Part shown: in pieces, positions 29,681 through 40,373 of the stretch
How the letters are laid out: each line of letters starts with the position of its first letter
How positions within the stretch are numbered: position 1 is the stretch's first letter
Assembly: GCA_038127535.1 (NCBI GenBank)
Contig: JAYPHU010000004.1
Coordinates: 14,232-78,231 of the forward strand
Source of the DNA: Rhodospirillaceae bacterium
GTDB taxonomy: Bacteria > Pseudomonadota > Alphaproteobacteria > Rhodospirillales > UBA2165
Direction of reading: 5' to 3'
DNA length: 64,000 nucleotides
Program-made: the position numbers and the translations under genes
Notes under the pieces: model-generated
The model's input: only the letters and a program-made list of their open reading frames with translations
The model's database searches: none
What the model was told of the DNA's origin: nothing

Positions 29681-29692
29681 GGCCGCGCGTTC

Positions 29693-30445
29693 ATGGCCAA
29701 ACTTCACATTCGACAGGGCGGATCCGGCGATACGCTTTATGTGCTCCTTCACGGATTGAGCTGCACCGGAAGCGTCTGGCGGGATGTCGCGGCGTTAATA
29801 GAGCGGGATAATGCCGGGCGCTGGATTGCCCCCGACATGCGCGGCCATGGCCAGTCGGAGTGGGAGACTCAGTATGGCACCGGCCAGCACGCGGCGGACT
29901 TGGCGCCGCTCCTCAAGGACGAAGACAAAATCCGCATCATCGGCCATTCCATGGGTTCGCTCATCGGCCTGGCCTTGGCGTCGGGCATTTTCGGCGTAAA
30001 GATTCAGTCCCTGGCCGGCATCGGCACCAAATGCCGTTGGCCGCAGGAGGAACGGGAGAAGCTGAATGCGTTGGCCGCCAAGCCATCACGCTGGTTCGAA
30101 TCCCAAGCCGACGCCATCCGGCGCTATCTCTTGGTCTCGGGGCTCAAAGGGCTGATTGAGCCCGGCGATGAGAGGCTGGCCGGGACAGTTGTCGAAGGTC
30201 CCGACGGCTGGCGGCTAGCGGCGGACCCGATGATCCTGACCACCGGCGGCCCGCCGGAAGGCCTCTACGCCGCCGCCGTGCACGCTACCAAGGTGCAGCT
30301 CGCGTGCGGTGAGACCGATAATATTGTCACCATCGAGGAATTGCGGGCATTGGATCCCAATGCCCACTTATTTGCCGGCCGGGGTCACAGTGTTCACGTG
30401 GAAGACCCGGAAGCCGTGTGGGCCTTCGCCTGCTCCGTCGGATAG
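29693..30445 (+). CDS. Alpha/beta fold hydrolase
   Basis: LLHG, PDMRGHG, GHSMG, GETD, GHSVHVEDP. Confidence 0.85.
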   Translation: MAKLHIRQGGSGDTLYVLLHGLSCTGSVWRDVAALIERDNAGRWIAPDMRGHGQSEWETQYGTGQHAADLAPLLKDEDKIRIIGHSMGSLIGLALASGIFGVKIQSLAGIGTKCRWPQEEREKLNALAAKPSRWFESQADAIRRYLLVSGLKGLIEPGDERLAGTVVEGPDGWRLAADPMILTTGGPPEGLYAAAVHATKVQLACGETDNIVTIEELRALDPNAHLFAGRGHSVHVEDPEAVWAFACSVG

Positions 30446-30451
30446 ACCCCG

Positions 30452-31066
30452 CTATTGGGGTTTGGCGAAGAACGTCTCTTTCATCGACGCCCGATCATTG
30501 AAGTCGCCCCACCATTTGGCCAGCGCCGGATGGCCCCCTTCCCGTCCCAGGTCGGGAAAGTGGAAATACAGATACCCCAGTCCCGTGCCGACCGCGATTT
30601 GGCCGATGGTCAGCGGCCCGGTCAGGTCATCAACCTGAGCATCCAAAGCCTTCAACGCCGCCTTGATCTTCACCATCTGCGCCTCGACCGGTGCGGCCAG
30701 TTGATGTTCTTCCGGACGGTTGGCCTCAAACGCCGCAATAAACACCGCATCCCCCATCCCGTCGCCCAGGGCCTGCTGACGCAACGCGGTCCAGCGGGCC
30801 GGACCTTCCGCCGGAATGAGTTTCGTCCCATCATGGAGCGTATCCAGGTACTCGCAGATCACCGGCGAATCATAGAGTTCCGTTCCATCTTCCAACAAAA
30901 GTGTCGGTATCTTGCCCAGTGGATTGTGCGGGGTCACCTGTTCGACCATCGCCTCGAAAGTCGGCAAAGGTACTAGCTCAATCTGATCCATGAGCCCGGT
31001 CTCCAGGGCCATCACCCGGACCTTGCGGACGAAGGGCGAGGCAGGGCGAAAGTACATTTTCATCAT
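30452..31066 (-). CDS. Glutathione S-transferase family protein
   Basis: SPFVRKV, NPLGKIPTL, LYDSPVICEYLD. Confidence 0.9.
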   Translation of the reverse strand: MMKMYFRPASPFVRKVRVMALETGLMDQIELVPLPTFEAMVEQVTPHNPLGKIPTLLLEDGTELYDSPVICEYLDTLHDGTKLIPAEGPARWTALRQQALGDGMGDAVFIAAFEANRPEEHQLAAPVEAQMVKIKAALKALDAQVDDLTGPLTIGQIAVGTGLGYLYFHFPDLGREGGHPALAKWWGDFNDRASMKETFFAKPQ

Positions 31067-31071
31067 AGGTT

Positions 31072-34000
31072 TTACTCCGCGGCGTCAGCCCGGACGGGCG
31101 CTGCCGATTGCAGTTGCTGAAGAAGGCGCTGGCGGTCCTGCTGATAGGATTCTACGGCCTGCTGTTTGATATGGCCGAAGCCGCGAATGGTCATCGGCAG
31201 CGCCGCCAATTGCAGCGCGGCCTCATATGTCTCGAGCGTCAAGTCCTTGACCACCCCGTCCATCATGGAGCCGTACTCGCCGATCAGGCTGCGCTCAAGC
31301 TTGCGGTCTGCCAATCGGCCGAACGGGTCGAGGATCGAGCCCCGCAGGAACTTGAACCTGGCAAGGATTTTGAGTGCGGATTCCATCCAGCCGCCGTAGT
31401 CGATCTTGCGCGGGTGACCGGTCACCGGATCCTTGGGCGACAGGATTGGCGGGGCGAAATGGAACCTCAGCTTGTAGTCGCCGTCAAATTGTATGGCGAG
31501 TTTTCCCCGATAGGCCGGATCGGTGTAGAGCCGCGCCACCTCGTATTCATCCTTGTACGCCATCAATTTATAGAGCGAGTGCGCCACGGCTTCTTCCAGG
31601 TCCCGGCGGCCCGGCGAAACTATCGCCTCCGCCGCCCTAACCTGTTCGACGGCGGCGGCGTATTTTTTGGCGTAGGCCGCGTTTTGATACGCCAACAGAT
31701 CAGCCACCCGCCGGGCGATAAAGTCATCCAAAGATCCGTCAGTTTGTTCGATGGATGCCGTCCCGCTGGTCAGGTGGGCAATCCGCGCCGGCTCGGCCGC
31801 CGCCAGCCGCCCCCAGGAAAACGCCCGCTTGTTGGCCTCTACCGCCACACCGTTCAGCTCAATGGCGGCGAGGATCGAGTCGAGCGATAGCGGAATTAGC
31901 TCCTTTTGGAAGGCATAGCCCATCTGGAAAATGTTGGAGGTGATGCTGTCGCCCATCAGCTTGGTCGCCAGGACGGTGGCGTCAATGAATTCCACCCGGT
32001 CCCGGCTCAGCTTCGCCTGGATCACGTCGATATAGCTGCCGGACGAAATGGGCATGTCCGGGTTCTCGGCAAAAGCGGCGATCGGCACCAGATGATCGTT
32101 GATAAGTGCCCGGGTGCGCTCCCCGCTCATCGTGTTCACCGCTTCCTTGCCGGCGGCGACCACCATATCAAAGCCAAGGATTAGATCGGCAAGGCCCGTA
32201 CTGGTGCGCGTACCCAGCACCGTCCCTCGATCAGCCGACAAACGCACATGGCTCATCACCGCGCCGTTCTTTTGCGACAGGCCGGTCTGATCGAGGACCG
32301 AGACCCCGATCCCGTCTCGATCCGCCGCCGTGCCCAGGATCGCGCCGGCTGTCACCACACCGGTGCCGCCGATCCCGGTCAGTAGCATATTGTAGGACCC
32401 AGTGATGGGCCGGCGTTCCGGTTCCGGCAACCCCGCTGCTGGGTCATCGAGTTCGACCTTGGGAGGCTCCCCCTTACGCACGCGCCCGCCTTCCACGGTG
32501 ACAAAGCTCGGACAGAATCCCTCCAGACAGGTGAAGTCCTTATTGCAGGAAGATTGATCTACTTCGCGCTTGCGCCCGAGCTCCGTTTCCAACGGCCGCA
32601 CCGCCACACAGTTGGAGACCGTGCTGCAATCGCCGCAGCCCTCGCACACCGCCTCGTTGATGAACACCCGCTTGGCCGGATCGGGAAACAGCCCCCGTTT
32701 GCGCCGCCGGCGTTTCTCCGCTGCGCAGGTTTGATCATAAATGATGGCGGTGATGCCCTTTTCTTCCCGGAACTCGAGTTGAAGGGCTTCCAGCTCTTTC
32801 CGGTGATGGATTTCCGTGCCGGGGGCCCATTTGGTGCCGGAAGGGTACTTGTCGGGCTCGTCAGAGACCAAGGCGATGCGGCGCACCCCTTCCGACCAAA
32901 GCTGCTGGCTGATGTGCCAGGGCATCAGATCGCCGTCCATGGGCTGACCGCCGGTCAGCGCCACTGCGTCATTATAGAGAACCTTGTAGGTCATATTGAC
33001 GCCGGAGGCACAAGCCGCGCGCACCGCCATCAGCCCGGAATGGAAATAGGTGCCGTCGCCGATATTCTGAAAGACATGCTCTTCAGAGGTAAACGGCGAC
33101 TGGCCGATCCAGGTCCCTCCTTCCGCGCCCATATGAGTATAGGCCTCTGTCCGCCGGTCCATATAGACCGCCATAGTGTGACAGCCGATGCCCGCGAGCG
33201 CCCGGCTGCCGTCCGGCACTTTGGTGGAGCTGTTGTGCGGACACCCGGCGCAGAACCAGGGCGACCGTTCGGGCGGCGCTGCCGGCAGGTTGGATGACGT
33301 CGTCCGCGCTTCCAGCTTGGCCGCCGCCGCTGTGAGGCAGGTTTCCTCCGCCTCGTCCAGAAACCTGCCGGCGATTATCTGGGCGACGATGCTGCCCGAC
33401 AGTTCCCCATATTCCGGGACCAGCGGCCTGCCTTGTTCATCCCACTTGCCGAAGAGGCGCGGCCGATCGCTTTCCGGCAGATCATAGAGAACGCGCGCCA
33501 GCTGATCTTCCATCACATTACGCTTTTCCTCGACCACCAGGATTTCATCGAAGCCCTGCGCCCAATCCTTAATCCGTGTCGGCTCCAGCGGCCAGGGCAT
33601 GGCGACTTTGTAGACGGCGATGCCCAGCTCTTCCCGCTCCGCGTCGCTGAGATTTAGCTCCTCAAACGCCTGACACACATTAAGCCAGCCCTTGCCGGCG
33701 GCGACAATGCCCAGGCGCTTTTTGGCCGCCGGATGACTGATCCTGTCGAGGCCGTTTGCCAGGACGAAGGCCTGGGCGGCCTTGAGCTTTACCGAGATCA
33801 GCCGTTGTTCCTGCACCAGCGGCGCATCCGGCCAGCGGATATGCACACCGCCCTCCGGAAACTCGAACTCCGGCAGCAGCGGATTGATCCGGTCAATGTT
33901 GAGGGAGACCGACGCCGCGCTTTCGATAATGTCGCCGGCGCATTTAAAACCCGACCACGCGCCGGAGAAGCGCGACATGGCGATGCCGTAGATGGCGTAG

Positions 34001-34545
34001 TCCAGATACTCCTGCACGCTGGCGGGATAGAGGATCGGGATCATCGCCGCGATCAGCGCCTGTTCAGATTGATGGGCCGTGGTCGATGACTTCGCCCCAT
34101 GATCATCGCCGGCAAGCGCCAGCACCCCGCCGTTCGGCGAACTGCCGGCCAGATTGCCGTGCTTCAGCGCATCGCCGGAGCGGTCGACGCCGGGCCCCTT
34201 GCCGTACCAATAGGCGAACACCCCGTCATAGTTGGCGCCTTGCCACATGCCGACTTGTTGGGTGCCCCAGCAGGCGGTCGCCGCCATGTCTTCGTTGACC
34301 CCGGCCTGAAACTTGATGTGGTGGGCATCTAGAAACTTTTGCGCGGACCAGAGCGCGGAGTCATATCCCCCGACCGGCGAACCGCGATAGCCGGTGATAT
34401 AGCCGGCCGTGTTCAACCCACGAGCCAAATCCCGGCGGCGCTGCACCAGTGGCGCGCGCACCAGGGCCTGAGTGCCCGTCAGGAACGCATGCTCCGCCTC
34501 AAATTCATACTTGGCGTCGAGGGTGATGTCTTGTCCGCCGTCCAC
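31072..34545 (-). CDS. Indolepyruvate:ferredoxin oxidoreductase family protein (fused alpha/beta)
   Basis: LTGTQAL, GYRGSP.G, NED.AAT, WYGKGPG.DR, FCAGCPHN, GDGTYFHSG, CEGCGDC, CNKD..C..G.CPSF, GIGGTG, YKDEYEVARL. Confidence 0.93.
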   Translation of the reverse strand: MDGGQDITLDAKYEFEAEHAFLTGTQALVRAPLVQRRRDLARGLNTAGYITGYRGSPVGGYDSALWSAQKFLDAHHIKFQAGVNEDMAATACWGTQQVGMWQGANYDGVFAYWYGKGPGVDRSGDALKHGNLAGSSPNGGVLALAGDDHGAKSSTTAHQSEQALIAAMIPILYPASVQEYLDYAIYGIAMSRFSGAWSGFKCAGDIIESAASVSLNIDRINPLLPEFEFPEGGVHIRWPDAPLVQEQRLISVKLKAAQAFVLANGLDRISHPAAKKRLGIVAAGKGWLNVCQAFEELNLSDAEREELGIAVYKVAMPWPLEPTRIKDWAQGFDEILVVEEKRNVMEDQLARVLYDLPESDRPRLFGKWDEQGRPLVPEYGELSGSIVAQIIAGRFLDEAEETCLTAAAAKLEARTTSSNLPAAPPERSPWFCAGCPHNSSTKVPDGSRALAGIGCHTMAVYMDRRTEAYTHMGAEGGTWIGQSPFTSEEHVFQNIGDGTYFHSGLMAVRAACASGVNMTYKVLYNDAVALTGGQPMDGDLMPWHISQQLWSEGVRRIALVSDEPDKYPSGTKWAPGTEIHHRKELEALQLEFREEKGITAIIYDQTCAAEKRRRRKRGLFPDPAKRVFINEAVCEGCGDCSTVSNCVAVRPLETELGRKREVDQSSCNKDFTCLEGFCPSFVTVEGGRVRKGEPPKVELDDPAAGLPEPERRPITGSYNMLLTGIGGTGVVTAGAILGTAADRDGIGVSVLDQTGLSQKNGAVMSHVRLSADRGTVLGTRTSTGLADLILGFDMVVAAGKEAVNTMSGERTRALINDHLVPIAAFAENPDMPISSGSYIDVIQAKLSRDRVEFIDATVLATKLMGDSITSNIFQMGYAFQKELIPLSLDSILAAIELNGVAVEANKRAFSWGRLAAAEPARIAHLTSGTASIEQTDGSLDDFIARRVADLLAYQNAAYAKKYAAAVEQVRAAEAIVSPGRRDLEEAVAHSLYKLMAYKDEYEVARLYTDPAYRGKLAIQFDGDYKLRFHFAPPILSPKDPVTGHPRKIDYGGWMESALKILARFKFLRGSILDPFGRLADRKLERSLIGEYGSMMDGVVKDLTLETYEAALQLAALPMTIRGFGHIKQQAVESYQQDRQRLLQQLQSAAPVRADAAE

Positions 34546-34609
34546 TTAAAGCTTCTCTCCTAAATCCGAACCGGCATTAAACCTTTTATGATTAAGCCAA
34601 TCAATTCGC

Positions 34610-35506
34610 CTAAGCGAGGGGTAGATCGGCCGGTGGCGCCTCTGCCTTTTGTTCTCGATAGATCAAATAGAGCCCGCTGGCGACGATCACGGCTGCGCCG
34701 GTCCAGACGTAAGCGTCGGGCACATCGCCCCAAATCAGATAGCCGAACATCACCGCCCAGATCATCACCGTATATTCAAATGGCGCGACCAGGCCCACCG
34801 GGGCGACCACGAAGGCATGGGTCATAAAGACGTAGCCGAACAACGTGAACACCGCCATTGCCGCGAACAGCCAGATGTCTTCGTTCGCCAAGGGCGCCCA
34901 GCCGGGGATCGCGTTGATGGTCGCCACCACGGTCATCCCCACCATCAGGAAGAACACGATCTGAAACGTGGTCTCCGTCTCCCTGAGCCAGCGCGCGGTC
35001 AGATTGATTCCCGCAAAGGCCAGCCCGGCAACCACGGCAAACAAGGCGACCGGATCAAAAAACCCCGCGCCGGGCCGAAGCGCGATCACAACACCAATGA
35101 AGCCAACAATCACTGCCGCCCAGCGCTGTGGCCCCACTTTCTCCTTGAACAGCGGCACCGCCAACGCCGTGGTGGCGAAGGTCGAGCCGAAGATGATCAC
35201 GGTGACATCGGCTAACGGCATATCCTGCAGCGCGCGGAACATCATCATCGGGCCCAGAAAGCCGACCATCAGCCGCAAACAATGCCCCCAAGGCCGCTGC
35301 GTCTTGAATTCGGACATCCGGCCTGCATAGACACCCCAGGCAATCAACATGGCGGAAATAAACCAGCCCCGGACGGCAATCACCTGCGCCGGCGAATAGT
35401 CGGACGTCACCAGCCATTTGCCAGTGGCGTCAACCGCGCCCATGCCGATCATGCCCAGTACCATATAAAAGACGCCGGCGAGCTTATGTTGTCCGAGGCT
35501 GCTCAT
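34610..35506 (-). CDS. DMT/EamA family transporter
   Basis: About 10 TM segments; E.VG..RW.AV..GF.GV...LRP; APFEY. Confidence 0.88.
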   Translation of the reverse strand: MSSLGQHKLAGVFYMVLGMIGMGAVDATGKWLVTSDYSPAQVIAVRGWFISAMLIAWGVYAGRMSEFKTQRPWGHCLRLMVGFLGPMMMFRALQDMPLADVTVIIFGSTFATTALAVPLFKEKVGPQRWAAVIVGFIGVVIALRPGAGFFDPVALFAVVAGLAFAGINLTARWLRETETTFQIVFFLMVGMTVVATINAIPGWAPLANEDIWLFAAMAVFTLFGYVFMTHAFVVAPVGLVAPFEYTVMIWAVMFGYLIWGDVPDAYVWTGAAVIVASGLYLIYREQKAEAPPADLPLA

Positions 35507-35629
35507 GGGGCGGAGTTAAACCCTCCGCCGTGTCCCGTCAAACCGGGATCGCAGCGCCCGGCTCTTGACTTATCCGCCCAAGATTTGGATATGGTGCGGA
35601 AATCTCGGTATCAATCAGGAGTGTGTCTC

Positions 35630-36112
35630 ATGCCGGACGGCAATATTTCATTTTCCTTCGGCCATTTCCTCGTCTTCACCGACGATATGGACGGCACGGT
35701 GAAATGGTATGGCGACGTGTTGGGCATGAAGCCCGGTCCCATACCCGACTTTCAGGTGCCGGTGACTTGGCTGTATCTCGGCGATCAGCCGCTGCTGCAT
35801 GTGGTCCAGTGGGAGGATGACCGGGGCGTGGACGAAGCTTATGTGGGAAAAGTGAACCGCGAGGTGGTCTCCGGCGGCGGGCGCATCGACCATATCGCCT
35901 TTGACGCGACGGGTCTGACGGATGTGCTGGCGCGCCTGGACAGTCTCGGCATCGACTATATTGAGCGCCGGGTCGACATTAACAGCCGTTATCAGCTCTT
36001 TTTCCACGATCCGAATGGCATCAAGGTGGAACTGGATTTCTCGGCCGATGAAGCAGGCGACCGCAAACCGCCGGCCATGTTCGAGGAACTGGCCGCCGAA
36101 ATGAGCTCATGA
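35630..36112 (+). CDS. VOC/glyoxalase family protein
   Basis: HFLV.TDD....WY.DVLG, WLYLGD..LLH, IDHIAF, QLFFHDPNGIKVEL; RBS AGGAG. Confidence 0.85.
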   Translation: MPDGNISFSFGHFLVFTDDMDGTVKWYGDVLGMKPGPIPDFQVPVTWLYLGDQPLLHVVQWEDDRGVDEAYVGKVNREVVSGGGRIDHIAFDATGLTDVLARLDSLGIDYIERRVDINSRYQLFFHDPNGIKVELDFSADEAGDRKPPAMFEELAAEMSS

Positions 36113-36621
36113 AGCTCCATATCGGCGGAGAGGAAATTAAAGACGGCTGGAGCATTCTCAACATCCAGGAAGGACCCGGCGTCGACTATCTCGGCACCTG
36201 TACTGACCTTAGCCAATTCAGCGACAATTCCATCGAGGCGATCTACGCGTCCCATGTATTTGAACATTTGGGCTATCGGGATGAGCTGCCCCGAACCCTG
36301 GCGGAATGTTACCGGGTACTGGAATCCGAAGGGCAGCTAATGATCAGCGTGCCCAACTTCGGTCTCCTCTGTCAGCTGTTCGTCGCAGAGGGGCTTGAGC
36401 TCACACAGCGGTTCAAGCTGATGCGCATCATCTTCGGCGGCCAGCAGGACGACTTCGATTTTCATAAAGTCGGCTTGATCGAGGATTTCCTGCGCAACGA
36501 TCTGGGCAAGCTTGGGTTTTCACTCATCGAGCGGGTCGAGGAATTTAATCTGTTCAATGACTCCAGTAGCCAGCGATTGGGTCCCCATCTCATTAGCCTC
36601 AACATGATCGCCACCAAATAA
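36109..36621 (+). CDS. Class I SAM-dependent methyltransferase-like protein
   Basis: KLHIGG, F.DNS..AIYASHVFEH, L.ECYRVL...G.L.ISVP; ATGA overlap with VOC gene. Confidence 0.75.
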   Translation: MKLHIGGEEIKDGWSILNIQEGPGVDYLGTCTDLSQFSDNSIEAIYASHVFEHLGYRDELPRTLAECYRVLESEGQLMISVPNFGLLCQLFVAEGLELTQRFKLMRIIFGGQQDDFDFHKVGLIEDFLRNDLGKLGFSLIERVEEFNLFNDSSSQRLGPHLISLNMIATK

Positions 36622-36699
36622 CGCTCAAGAGTCGTTTGAGGTTCAGCCTCCCGGCTGGTTTAATTCATTTAAACAACTTTGAATTCTCGGGAGGGAACC

Positions 36700-38397
36700 A
36701 TGTCGCCTGACGCGTCGAGCCCGTCCGTCCATCCGGACCTGGACCGCCATCAAAAATCCATGCAGTCGCAGGTGTTCACCCTGAACGGCCATATCCACTG
36801 TGCCTTCGGCTATTCGGTTGTGAACTGCACCCTGATCGAGGGTGAGGATAGCTGCATCCTGGTTGACACCATGACCAGCGAGGAAACGGCCGAAAAAGCA
36901 GCGGAGGAATTCCGCAAGCTCACCGACAAGCCGATCACCACGGTAATCTACACTCACTTTCATGCCGACCATGTGAGCGGCACCGGCGCGTTTGTTTCCG
37001 AGGACGACGTTAAATCCGGCAAAGTGCAGATCATTGGCCAGGAAGAGCTGACCGATCACGTGATGCGGGACGTGGGCCTAATCGCGCCGCTGTTGGGCCG
37101 GCGCGCCATGTATCAGTTCGGCATGCGTCTGCCGGTCAGCGACGAAGGCACGGTCGGCGCCGGTCTGGGCCCGCCCCAACGCCCCGGTCAGCGGACCTTT
37201 ATGCCGCCGACCACCACCTTCGACAAAGTCTACAAGGGCGAAGTCGGCGGGGTGAAGTTCGAGGTTCATCTGACCCCGTCGGAGACCGAAGATCAGTGCT
37301 GCGTCTGGCTGCCGGATGAAAAGGTCCTGCTGTCTGCAGACGCGGTCTATGAATCCTTCCCCAACGTCTATGCGCTGCGCGGCACCCGCTTCCGCAACCC
37401 CATGGTCTGGGCCCAGGGCGTCGATTCATTGCGTGGGTTCGGGGCGGATACGCTGATCCCCCACCACGGCCGGCCCGTGGAAGGAGCGGAAAAGATCGAA
37501 CAGCTTCTCACCGACTATCGGGACGCCATTCAATTCGTGCACGACCAGACGCTGCGCTACATGAACCTGGGCTACCGGCCGGACGAGATCAAAGAAGTCG
37601 TCCAAATGCCCGATCGCCTGAAGGACCACCCTTGGCTTGGGGAATTCTACGGCTCCTACAAGCATGCCATCCCGGCCATCTATGCCGGCTATATCGGCTG
37701 GTACCAGGGCGACCCGATTGATCTCGACCCGACCCCGTGGACCGAGAAAGCCACCCGCTACGTAGACATGATGGGCGGGCGGAGCGTCGTCATGGCGGCG
37801 GCGCGAACCGCGCTAGACGACGGTGATGAGCAATGGGCCTCGGAGCTACTCACCTGGGTCATCCGCAGCAATCTGGATGACCAGGAAGCCCGCGAACTGA
37901 AGGCTGACGCGCTGCGCCGCTGGGCCTACCAGCAAAAGAACGCCACGTGGCGCAACTGGGGCCTGACCGCCTCCATGGAAACCGCCGGCAAACTGGATCT
38001 GGCCGGCGGCGGCATGGTGCTGGGCTCCCCGGATCAGGTCAAAAGCTTCCCGCTTGAAGGCATCATGCAGATCATGACCGTGCGCCTAAAAGCGGAAGAG
38101 GCCTGGGATACTCATATCCGGGTTGCGTTCGAGACGACGGACACGAAAGAAGCTTGCGCCCTGGAAATCCGCCGGGGCGTCTGCCAGTTCTTTAGCGATC
38201 CGCCGGCGGAGCGGGACGGGACCCTGACCTTCGGCCGGCCCTTCCTGATGCAATGGCTGTTCGGCAAAACCACCGTGGATGACGCGATTAAGGACGGCGC
38301 CGTCACGGTTGATGGCGATGCGGCCCAAGTGAGCGAGTTCATCAGTAAGTTCGAACCCTTTAACCAAGCGGTCAACGTGGCCATCGCAACGCGCTAA
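36700..38397 (+). CDS. Alkyl/aryl-sulfatase (SdsA1-type MBL fold, dimerization and SCP2 domains)
   Basis: YTHFHADH, PSET.D, FPNVYALRGT.FR, PHHGRP, HDQTLR.MN.G, EFYG, Y.GWY.G.P. Confidence 0.88.
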   Translation: MSPDASSPSVHPDLDRHQKSMQSQVFTLNGHIHCAFGYSVVNCTLIEGEDSCILVDTMTSEETAEKAAEEFRKLTDKPITTVIYTHFHADHVSGTGAFVSEDDVKSGKVQIIGQEELTDHVMRDVGLIAPLLGRRAMYQFGMRLPVSDEGTVGAGLGPPQRPGQRTFMPPTTTFDKVYKGEVGGVKFEVHLTPSETEDQCCVWLPDEKVLLSADAVYESFPNVYALRGTRFRNPMVWAQGVDSLRGFGADTLIPHHGRPVEGAEKIEQLLTDYRDAIQFVHDQTLRYMNLGYRPDEIKEVVQMPDRLKDHPWLGEFYGSYKHAIPAIYAGYIGWYQGDPIDLDPTPWTEKATRYVDMMGGRSVVMAAARTALDDGDEQWASELLTWVIRSNLDDQEARELKADALRRWAYQQKNATWRNWGLTASMETAGKLDLAGGGMVLGSPDQVKSFPLEGIMQIMTVRLKAEEAWDTHIRVAFETTDTKEACALEIRRGVCQFFSDPPAERDGTLTFGRPFLMQWLFGKTTVDDAIKDGAVTVDGDAAQVSEFISKFEPFNQAVNVAIATR

Positions 38398-38414
38398 CAC
38401 CGGGAGGAAAACAC

Positions 38415-39230
38415 ATGTTGGAACTCTATCATCACGGCTCCTCTGTCTGTGCCGCCAAGGTGCGCATGTATATGGCTGAGAAGGACCTGGACTGGACCGG
38501 CCACTATATCGACATCCTGAAAGGCGATCAGTTCACCCCGGAATACATGAAGCTCAATCCGAAGGCCGTGGTGCCGACCCTGATCCACGACGGCGAGATA
38601 ATTTGCGATTCCACGGTGATCTGCGAGTACATCGAAAATGTCTTCACGGAGAAGCCGCTGCGGCCTGCTGATCCACTGGAGATCACCCGGGTGATGTATT
38701 GGACAAAGGCCGTCGATGAGGCCCTGCACCCGGCCTGCGGCTTCGTCACGTTCCTGACCTGTCATCGGCATATCGTGTTGCGCCTGGGCGAGGAAGGGGT
38801 GGAGAAGTTCCTGAACTCCACTCCCGCCCTCTCCGTTACCGCCGACTGGCATGAAACAAAGAAATCCATTGTGCGGCTGGGCTTCGAGGCCGAGGGCGCC
38901 GAGGCCAAGCTGAAACTCTATGATCTCTACCTTCACAAGATGGAAGAGGTCCTACAGGATCACGACTGGCTGGCCGGCGACAACTTCACCTTCGCCGACA
39001 TCGCCATGACGCCGTACGTTAACCGGCTGGATATGCTGTCGTTAACCCCGATGTGGGAGAACGGCCGCCTGCCCAAAGTCACCGAGTGGTTTGAGCGGAT
39101 CAAAGCCCGGCCCAGCTTTAAGCCGATGCTGCTGGACTGGTGCCCGGAAGATTTGACCAACGATCTCAAGACCTTCGGTGGTCAAAGCTGGCCGGAAGTC
39201 GCCAAGCTCCTGGACATCCAAACCAACTAA
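38415..39230 (+). CDS. Glutathione S-transferase, LigF/PcpC/GDAP1-like with long helical insertion
   Basis: SVCAAKVR, LNPKAVVPTL.HDG, DSTVICEY, LRPADP, WTK.VDE, FADIA. Confidence 0.85.
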   Translation: MLELYHHGSSVCAAKVRMYMAEKDLDWTGHYIDILKGDQFTPEYMKLNPKAVVPTLIHDGEIICDSTVICEYIENVFTEKPLRPADPLEITRVMYWTKAVDEALHPACGFVTFLTCHRHIVLRLGEEGVEKFLNSTPALSVTADWHETKKSIVRLGFEAEGAEAKLKLYDLYLHKMEEVLQDHDWLAGDNFTFADIAMTPYVNRLDMLSLTPMWENGRLPKVTEWFERIKARPSFKPMLLDWCPEDLTNDLKTFGGQSWPEVAKLLDIQTN

Positions 39231-39255
39231 AGCGCGTCGATCCTGACCCGTGAGA

Positions 39256-39278
39256 CAGCCATATGCCCCATATGGCTG
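39256..39278. other. 10-bp perfect hairpin CAGCCATATG-CCC-CATATGGCTG after the GST gene (terminator or operator)
   Basis: Perfect inverted repeat; no clear poly-T tail. Confidence 0.4.
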
Positions 39279-39333
39279 CTCGCGTACTTGTTAGTGGCCT
39301 CACGTTGACAGGAAATCCACGATTGTTAGCGTT

Positions 39334-40256
39334 ACGAACAATTGCGCTACATTACACAAGGCAGAGCAAATGGTCGGCGGCGGCGCAAGGGGCGTATTGA
39401 TCACCTCGCCCGTCGCAGGATCCGATAAAGTTAAACGATTACAGAATCTTAACAATAATGCTGACAATTTTATGATTGTTGCTGACAATTTGGATGGATT
39501 GCAGGCGATCGAAAATTCCTCTTGGGACGATAGCGGCGAGATGACGGTGCTAGTCGATATTGATGTCGGCATGCAGCGTACCGGCAGCAATGATCCGGCG
39601 CAAATCGTCGCCCTCGCCTCCTATCTGTCGGAGAGCGAAATTTTCACCTACGGCGGCGTGCAAGCCTATTCCGGCCGGGTCCAGCATATCGAGGATTACG
39701 CCGAACGCCGGCGCGTCTATCGGGAACAAATGGCGTTTCTTGCCGATATTGTGAAAACGTTTGAAGACGCTGGGTTTCCGCTGGAAATTATCTCCGGCGG
39801 CGGCACGGGCACCCACTTTAAAGACCAGGACTGGGGCTCTTTACGGAATTGCAGGCAGGCTCCTTCATTTTCATGGATGTGGAGTACAATACAGTGGACC
39901 TGGCAAACGGTCCGGGCAACCCCTTTGAGACCGCCTTGTTTATCCAATGCTCGATCGTCAAGAATAATGCGGACAATTTCGTCACGATTGACGGCGGATT
40001 TAAATGCTTCGCCACGGATGGCCCGAAACCGGAGGTTTTCTGCGAAAATCTTCCAGACGCGACCTATGACCGGTTCGGCGACAAACACGGGAAGATCAAT
40101 CTGGGCAGCGGTAATTATAAGCCAACTCTCGGCGAGACAATTACGCTGATCACACCGCACTGCGACCCGACGGTAAACCTGCACAATTACTATCACGGGG
40201 TACGAGGCGATACGTTGATTGAGATTTTACCCATTGATGCACGCGGTGTTCTATAG
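39334..40256 (+). pseudogene. DSD1/D-threonine aldolase family PLP enzyme, 5'-truncated and frameshifted
   Basis: CATL..AE.M..GG..GVLITSP, DVGMQRTG, GVQAYSG, SGGGTGT in one frame; QAGSFIFMD, D.G.K, HCDPTVNL, IDARG in another (shift near 39830-39850). The N-terminal RPHxK lysine region is absent. Confidence 0.8.
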
Positions 40257-40373
40257 GGTTTTCCGAAGGTAGCTCGTTGAAAACAATGAAATTTTTCTTC
40301 TGGAATTCGTCGTTTCAGCCCTTAAATTAACAATAGATCCGCAAATGTTGCATTCAGTTCGGGACCACCGATC

